Shown here one piece after another: positions 24,141-29,835 of a stretch of DNA of 29,835 nucleotides. Under the pieces are notes generated by a model. It worked only from the letters and a program-made list of their open reading frames with translations, did not search any database and had not been told where the DNA came from. The DNA is from Vezdaea acicularis (taxonomy: Eukaryota). The position numbers and the translations under genes are program-made. Within the stretch, counting starts at the first letter, position 1, and each line of letters begins with the position of its first letter. The stretch is from NCBI GenBank assembly GCA_026025075.1, contig JAPEUI010000070.1:62001-91835 (forward strand), written 5' to 3'.

Positions 24141-25385
24141 CTATTGAGCTGTCCCTGGCCGGTAACCATTTGTCCCGGGCCTCACGCTGTCCTCGAACAG
24201 GTCTTCGAGGTAGGTACTAGGAGCGCGTCCGGCCGGCGGTTGGTTGAGGTTGAGACTGCTCATGCTTCCATTCCGTACTCCTCCGACCACACCTCCCACT
24301 GTGCCTCTGCTAGGCGGCAAGCTCGGGCTCACGGGTGGACTTGGTGCCGCGCCTGATGTTGCGCGTGAGTAGCCGTGTGCTTGCGGTCCGCCACCCATTC
24401 TGCTCAGCGCGGCTGCAGGTGACGAGCCAATGTGTGTCATGCCGGCACCGTTGCCAGGCGCGGACGCCCCGCTGGGATAGTAGCCAGAGGGGTGATAGCC
24501 AGATCCGCGGTTACCTGGAGTCGTGAGCCCACCTGCGGCTGCGGTGGGTGAGAAGAAGAGTGAGCTGTTTGGAGTGTGCCCTTTGGGACCGACTGTGCTG
24601 TTCCGGGCACCTGATCCTAGGTGGTCGAGAGAGAGGGTTGAGCCTACTGTTGCGGAGTAGAAGCCGGGTTTGGTGCTGGCGGTACCACCGGTGAAGAGGT
24701 GCTTGCTGTCTGTCACGTTCTGGTGCAGCGCAGCGCGCTTCACGGAGCGTCGTAATGACCACATGACCAGACCACGCCAGGCGAGTACTGCGAGCCCAAG
24801 CGCACCAAGACAAGCCCCTACAGCGATGAAGACTGTACCTTCGGGAACTGAGGACTTTCGCATGTAGGGTGCATTTGCGGTTGGTGGGACTGTGGGAGGG
24901 GGGTAGGAAAAGGCGCCGCTGATCTTAGGGAGACTGCCGGTAATGCCGCCATCATCGGTAGCGGCAGCGCTGCTGGCCGAGATAGAAACTGTAGTAGGAA
25001 TTGAGGAAACCCCCGTCGCAGTACTCCCGGTTGCGGTCACGGAAAAGGTCGTCGTTCCGGTGGAAGAGGAGGCCGCTGTACTCTTGCTATCTTTGGCGGA
25101 AGAGCTGCCGGAGCTGCCGGTGGTCGTTGCAGAGTTTGTAGTAGCAGTGCTCTGTGATCCAGACTTCGAAGAGGCAGTAGTCTGTGATTCAGAGTTCGAA
25201 GAAGATGCAGAATCAGAGCCAGTAGTAGAGGTAGGCTTGTCGGTACCGGGCAAGGCATTATTCGTCGATGCCGAAGTGCCAAGCGTTGGGAGGTCATCGG
25301 CGCGGACGTATGTAGCGAAGAGGCTGATGAGACAGAACAATGCGACGAGGCTCAAGGCGCTCGGTGAGCGTATTCGTAACCGCAT
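24141..25385 (-). CDS. Single-pass membrane glycoprotein, Csi2/Prm5-like (signal peptide, Ser/Thr-rich ectodomain, TM, cytoplasmic tail)
   Basis: Intronless 414-aa ORF with hydrophobic leader, S/T-rich tract, PTVPPTANAPYM...PEGTVFIAVG before the TM segment, C-terminal RAPSTYLEDLF. Confidence 0.78.
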   Translation of the reverse strand: MRLRIRSPSALSLVALFCLISLFATYVRADDLPTLGTSASTNNALPGTDKPTSTTGSDSASSSNSESQTTASSKSGSQSTATTNSATTTGSSGSSSAKDSKSTAASSSTGTTTFSVTATGSTATGVSSIPTTVSISASSAAATDDGGITGSLPKISGAFSYPPPTVPPTANAPYMRKSSVPEGTVFIAVGACLGALGLAVLAWRGLVMWSLRRSVKRAALHQNVTDSKHLFTGGTASTKPGFYSATVGSTLSLDHLGSGARNSTVGPKGHTPNSSLFFSPTAAAGGLTTPGNRGSGYHPSGYYPSGASAPGNGAGMTHIGSSPAAALSRMGGGPQAHGYSRATSGAAPSPPVSPSLPPSRGTVGGVVGGVRNGSMSSLNLNQPPAGRAPSTYLEDLFEDSVRPGTNGYRPGTAQ

Positions 25386-25422
25386 GGTGAGTTATGATGT
25401 GCGTGATGGCTGACTGAGTACT

Positions 25423-25445
25423 GATGGAAGATGGAAGATGGAAGA
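25423..25445. repeat. (GATGGAA)x3 tandem heptamer in the pyrimidine-rich leader of the Csi2-like gene
   Basis: gatggaa gatggaa gatggaa ga read directly. Confidence 0.7.
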
Positions 25446-26267
25446 CGCGAAAACCCTTTCCGAGAGGACAAGGCTTCTAGGTATTGTCGACTAACGGATG
25501 ATTACGACGACATCACCCACGTCAGGCGGAAGAAGAGATGGAAAGCGAGTATCGCGAGGGAGAATGAACAATGGTCGTACGGTTGAAGGAAAAGTCGATA
25601 AAAAGCCCCGAACCCCGCAGGAGCAGTGATGGTTGAAAGTCGTTGATGAGAGCTGAGACGTCGAGAGTTGGTCGCCCCCCCTTGTTGGTAACCCTGCGCC
25701 TGATTTGGCTTGGTGGCGCGTCGGCTTCGTTCCTTGGCCCCTGACCTGCCGTTCCTAGCGACGGGGTAAAGTGTCCGAAAACCCTATGCAAATGATATCA
25801 AAGAGACCGCAGACGTAAAAGCAACGGCAATTTACAGCACTAATAATCTTGACGTGATGCTAAATGGTGATTCTGCGGGAGCACGGAGGCTTTCGCCGAT
25901 CGTGCGCAAGTCTTGTCGCGATCTTTAAGGGAGCCCGCCACTTCCGCAGAATACCAAGCAAACCCAGGAATGGGAGGTATTTAGGCCGATATTCCGATGA
26001 TGCTTGGACGAAAGCTTGATAAATCTGGAATTGCAGACGATGATAACAGAGGATGCTTCGACTTTGGTGAAATGTTCAGCGGGGAGGTGGGCTGAACGCG
26101 TCCGTGCTGTCTAAGAATAGTTGACCGAGCGACATCGCGAAATTTTTGTGGAATCTTGCAAACCGAGGTCCCCAACAGCACCGGACTCTTTACAGCTTCG
26201 CCCAACCCATAATTATAAAAAGGTGACTCGGCGAGGAAGCGCATTGCTCCCATCTCTCTGGATTTAA

Positions 26268-27022
26268 ATGGGGGTGCAAAAGCGTACCCGGAAATTTGCC
26301 CAGGTCAGAATAGTTTATATCACAAAATGGCGATATTGAAAATGGAATGCTTAAAATCATGATCAGGTCAAAAGAATCATCGGTCAACGCGATGCACGAC
26401 TGTAAGCAAAGACCTCAGCGCTAGGTTTCAAGCACTAGACTGACTCTCCCTAGCAAGAAAAACCAGGAGAAGGGAGAGATTGTAGGCAAGAAGAAGGCTA
26501 AAGGCGATGAGATCGTGCGCGAAATGTGGGTGGTCACCCCATATCCTTCCAAGTTCTCTATGCTGACACAATTCTAGTCCTCAGGTCTCATCTGCCCTCT
26601 TTTTCCAATACAACACGGCCCTTGTCCCACCGTACTCCGTTCTAGTCGATACCAATTTCCTTTCTCACACCGTCCAGAACAAGCTCGAGATGCTCTCGTC
26701 CATGATGGACTGCTTATACGCGAGCTGCACGCCAATAATCACCTCCTGCGTCATGGCGGAACTTGAAAAATTGGGGCAGAAATACAGGATAGCATTAAGG
26801 ATAGCCCGGGATGAGCGATGGGAACGACTAGAGTGCTTTCACAAGGGTGTCTACGCGGATGACTGTATAGTCGATCGGGTCATGAAGCATAAGATCTACA
26901 TCGTGGCCACCAACGACAGGGATCTGAAGCGTAGGATACGGAAGATACCAGGTGTACCGATCATGAGCGTTGCGAGAGGGAAGTATGTCATCGAGAGACT
27001 ACCAGATGCACCGGAAAAGTAG
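26268..27022 (+). CDS. FCF1: rRNA-processing PIN-domain endonuclease Fcf1/Utp24 (195 aa). Exons 26268-26303, 26367-26401, 26454-26525, 26578-27022
   Basis: MGVQKRTRKFAQVKRII, PQVSSALFFQYNTALVPPYSVLVDTNF, CVMAELEKLG, HKGVYADDC, VATNDRDLKRRIRKIPGVPIM. Exons total 588 nt. Confidence 0.95.
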
Positions 27023-27605
27023 GATGTGGTGTAAGGGAGTGATGCCATGCATCCATCCCCAATTTGTACATATTTAGATTGAATGTGCAACGATGAGAGA
27101 GGAGGCGAGGGTTCCCTATCTCTTCCAATATCGGGGGTCAATAAGAAATCATATCCCATATCAGTGTAGATTGTGATGGGCAGTAGTCAGCCCACGTTTA
27201 CCGCGTACGCAATACTGATTTCCGGAGGCCCCCCACGGCGTGCTAAGCGTTCTTTCTTTCCGCTATGTGATATCCCAATTCATAGCATGGGAGGAAACAC
27301 TCCGGACTTTCAAAGATGATGGGTGGGAATACTTCGCGATTGAGGTAGGTGGGCTATTCAAATCCCGCCGCTTGGGACGCGACGCGTTAATATGTGATCT
27401 GCAATACGCCATGTGCATGGACATGCAAACTGCAAAGCCTTGATGGCCATCGATCGTCTCTGTTAGATCTCATGAAGCTGGGTGCTTGCGTGTTTGATTT
27501 GATAGGACAAGGTTATCCTACTTCTGCGAGGATTGCTGTTGGATAATGTGCAAGCAAGGCAACCTCATGTGAACGAGAAAATCAAGACAGGTTTGCTCCC
27601 AATGC

Positions 27606-27631
27606 TTATTAGTTTATAGTTTATTATAATT
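27606..27631 (+). promoter_or_regulatory. AT-rich TATA-like region upstream of U6
   Basis: ttattagtttatagtttattataatt lies ~10-35 nt upstream of the U6 5' hairpin, as expected for a TFIIIB site. Confidence 0.55.
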
Positions 27632-27665
27632 GCGTATGTGTTGCCTTCGGGCATTTTGGTCAATT

Positions 27666-27718
27666 GTGAGTTCCTCGAGCTTTCCCATACCTAAAGTACT
27701 CGCTAATATTTCTGGCAG
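27666..27718 (+). other. 53-nt spliceosomal (GT-AG) intron within U6 snRNA
   Basis: Donor GTGAGT, branch GCTAAT (27702-27707), acceptor CAG. Removal restores contiguous U6 sequence. Confidence 0.92.
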
Positions 27719-27791
27719 TGAAACGATACAGAGAAGATTAGCATGGCCCCTGCACTAAGGATGACACGCTCAATCAAAGAGAAGCTACCAA

Positions 27792-27798
27792 TTTTTTT
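27792..27798 (+). terminator. Pol III oligo(dT) terminator of U6
   Basis: Run of 7 T directly after the U6 3' sequence. Confidence 0.85.
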
Positions 27799-27884
27799 GG
27801 CATTTATTTTGGCTAGTAAACTCGAGGGCTTCACTGGAGGTTCAAGAACTAGAGCATCCGAGCATTAATGTTTTGGGACCAGCC

Positions 27885-27894
27885 GGGTTCGAAC
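27885..27894. promoter_or_regulatory. Putative downstream (extragenic) B box for U6
   Basis: GGGTTCGAAC (minus strand GTTCGAACCC) matches the TFIIIC B-box core GTTCRANNC, ~90 nt after the terminator. Confidence 0.6.
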
Positions 27895-28097
27895 AGACCA
27901 AGCTCAGTATCCTGGTGCTGACCCGCTTGCCTCGTCAGCGCCCCAAGGCACAACGCATGCTAGAGCTTTCCTACAGACCCACAAACGGGGCTATGATCAA
28001 CTGTAAATGCTACCGCATGAATCTTGATTCATCCATGCCTCCGCAAAGCTCCTTCTCATGAGCCGATCTGGGGCTACCTGCAGCTGTGTGCTCGAAA

Positions 28098-29835
28098 ATG
28101 TCGAAAAGTGCATTCAAACGCGCCAGTGTGACTGGAGGGCGGCAGCGAACAGACGTATTGGCTTCCCTGCACAATGCTCAATTAGTTGAGTCGAAGCCAG
28201 TATTACCAGCAGGTGGGAGCGTTGTTCATGTACCCTAGTACTGGTTCTAACGGCTATAGAGATCATCTCGACAATTCTCGATTATCTTGCAGTACCAGAC
28301 CTCATCCACTTTGCTCGAGTCTCCAAGCGCATGCAGGAGATGGTATATGATGATACGAGATGGGTCCAAAGATTGAAGGCTATGGGTTGCTGGGACGAGA
28401 GGGAGGCGAAGCAGAGATTCGAGGATGCGATGCGGAAGCAGTGGGAAGGTCGGAAAGGCAAAGAGCAGGACCCGACTAAAAAGGGGGGAGGAAGTGCTGT
28501 CAAGAGATCTGTTCCAGGAGGTGAGAAAGCGGATGGCACGATCTTTGATTCCGATTTGGAGGCAACAAAGCAGCAAGTGCCAATAGAAGAGGCCCCGCGA
28601 CTACGTCCAGGAAGCTTAGTTGACGGCTTCGATACTCTGGCTGTCTCTGCTCATATAAACACACTGGGCGCAAACGTCTCTGGCCGTGTAGAGACTGGAG
28701 ACGCGGCACTGCTGCATATACTGACTGCTGTTCGATCTATACGCGGTGCGGCGCGACAGGAGTACGGAAAGGTCTATAGTGGTTTGTCGCCTTACTACTT
28801 TAATATCTCTATGAGGGGAACAAGGACAGATGCCAAGGTGTTTCGAGATTTTAAAGACCCAGAACAACAGTCTCAAATGCTTTCTCAGCTAAAACATTTT
28901 GCAAAAAGTGACTTTGCGCATGGAAATAGTGCCCGAGAGGAGTCACTTGACACCCTGATTACTACCTTCGAAGTTGCAGTACTAAGAGAATTTGAACAGT
29001 GAGAATCAGTCTCCTCAGATCCGTGAAAAAGCTGACCAGAGAAAGGGCTTTGTACGCTGCTGATGTTTCGGGTAACATGAAAAAGTATGCCTGCGTCCTA
29101 GTCACGCTCAACGGGGGACAAGCTGGTGTGGATCACTTCATACGGCAAAACCCCCTTTTCTCAGAGAAGCAAAAGTTTGGTAATCCTATGGACTGCCTGG
29201 AGTAAGTGGAAAGCCTACATTTCTAGATTCTAGACTTCGGATCTAAAGTGAGTTTAGGTACGCATTCTCGGGCAGCATAACACTAGGCCCATCCAGTGAT
29301 TTCTTCAAGAGACTATCCATCGAAACGAATCAACAGGCGGCTATCATTGATCAGGTATTCCCGAGCTCGGTGGACGTTCTGTATCACCTCTTAGAACGAG
29401 TCAGTGAAATCATCGTCTCAGCTTACATTACACCGCTCCTGGACGAAACGCACGGGAGGAGTATAGATGCATACCTTAAAGCTGTTGCCGGCCTATATGA
29501 CCAGAGCATGCAATTCTCTCAGTCTCTGAAGCCGACAATAGGTTCGGCCGAGACTTTTCGGCAAGATGTTGACGAACTCTTCGCAAAAGTATTCGAGCCA
29601 CATGTGGATCTCTACCTTCAAGAGGAACTACGCAATTTTACTCGTCTGTCTGGTGATGAAGTCAACAATTGGGAGAAGAAGCTTACAGACGAATACGCTT
29701 CCACAGAGTCATACTTCATGGCCAATGTCAACAGAGTTGCTGATAAGCGAGACTTCCTCTCTTCATTCAAGAAGGTAGTCATGATGCCAGTTAACGTCGT
29801 AGCTATGCCTTTTACCGCGAGCAAGCCCGTCGCAC
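28098..29835 (+). CDS. RCY1: Recyclin Rcy1/Pof6-like F-box protein with Sec10-like domain, 3' truncated. Exons 28098-28212, 28260-28998, 29046-29201, 29258->29835
   Basis: F-box LPAEIISTILDYLAVPDLIHFARVSKRMQEMVYDD, VRSIRGAARQEYGKVY, FKDPEQQSQML, FEPHVDLYLQEE, ADKRDFLSSFKKVVMMPVNV. Introns 28213-28259, 28999-29045, 29202-29257. Confidence 0.9.

Larger units (their letters stand above)
27640..27798 (+). ncRNA. U6: U6 spliceosomal snRNA gene, split by one intron (exons ~27640-27665 and 27719-27798)
   Basis: 5' UUCG hairpin TGCC-TTCG-GGCA. After intron removal the sequence reads TGGTCAATT|TGAAACGATACAGAGAAGATTAGCATGGCCCCTGCACTAAGGATGACACG, with the ACAGAGA box (27728-27734), AGC triad (27740-27742) and ISL, ending in T7. 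Spliced length ~106 nt. 5' end approximate. Confidence 0.96.

Noticed and set aside
26138..26147. RRPE-like CGAAATTTTT upstream of FCF1
   Set aside because: Single short imperfect match; cannot be distinguished from chance.
27875..27980. Complete tRNA, SRP or RNase MRP gene downstream of U6
   Set aside because: Acceptor and T stems are mismatched and there is no D arm. SRP helix-8 and MRP CR-I motifs were not found, although ACAAACGGGGCTA is CR-V-like.
29255..29286. RCY1 intron 3 acceptor followed directly by donor-like GTACGC (possible stwintron or recursive site)
   Set aside because: The next plausible branch/AG would give only a 29-nt intron, and the retained sequence reads in frame as ordinary Rcy1 coding sequence.
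1..29835. Transposons, CRISPR arrays, RIP-degraded repeats, secondary-metabolite cluster
   Set aside because: No transposase/RT ORFs, terminal repeats, spaced repeats, long AT-rich blocks or PKS/NRPS genes seen.

Overview
Gene-dense, intron-rich window from a filamentous ascomycete (Pezizomycotina-type genes, 47-85 nt spliceosomal introns). It holds 13 protein-coding genes. In order: synaptojanin-like Sac1/5-phosphatase (partial), PXR1, a CCX-type Na+/Ca2+ exchanger, condensin kleisin BRN1, PAN1, RPB11, LSM5, a WRN/EXD2-like 3'-5' exonuclease, a small uncharacterised protein, sphingolipid C9-methyltransferase, a Csi2/Prm5-like membrane protein, FCF1 and RCY1 (partial). Two things stand out. 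First, a U6 snRNA gene between FCF1 and RCY1 is interrupted by a canonical 53-nt mRNA-type intron that sits in its putative A box, with a B-box-like element downstream. Second, the RPB11 reading frame carries a ~195-aa low-complexity N-terminal extension with three WGG and several SP(T) motifs. All gene models and splice sites were derived by eye; no database searches were run.
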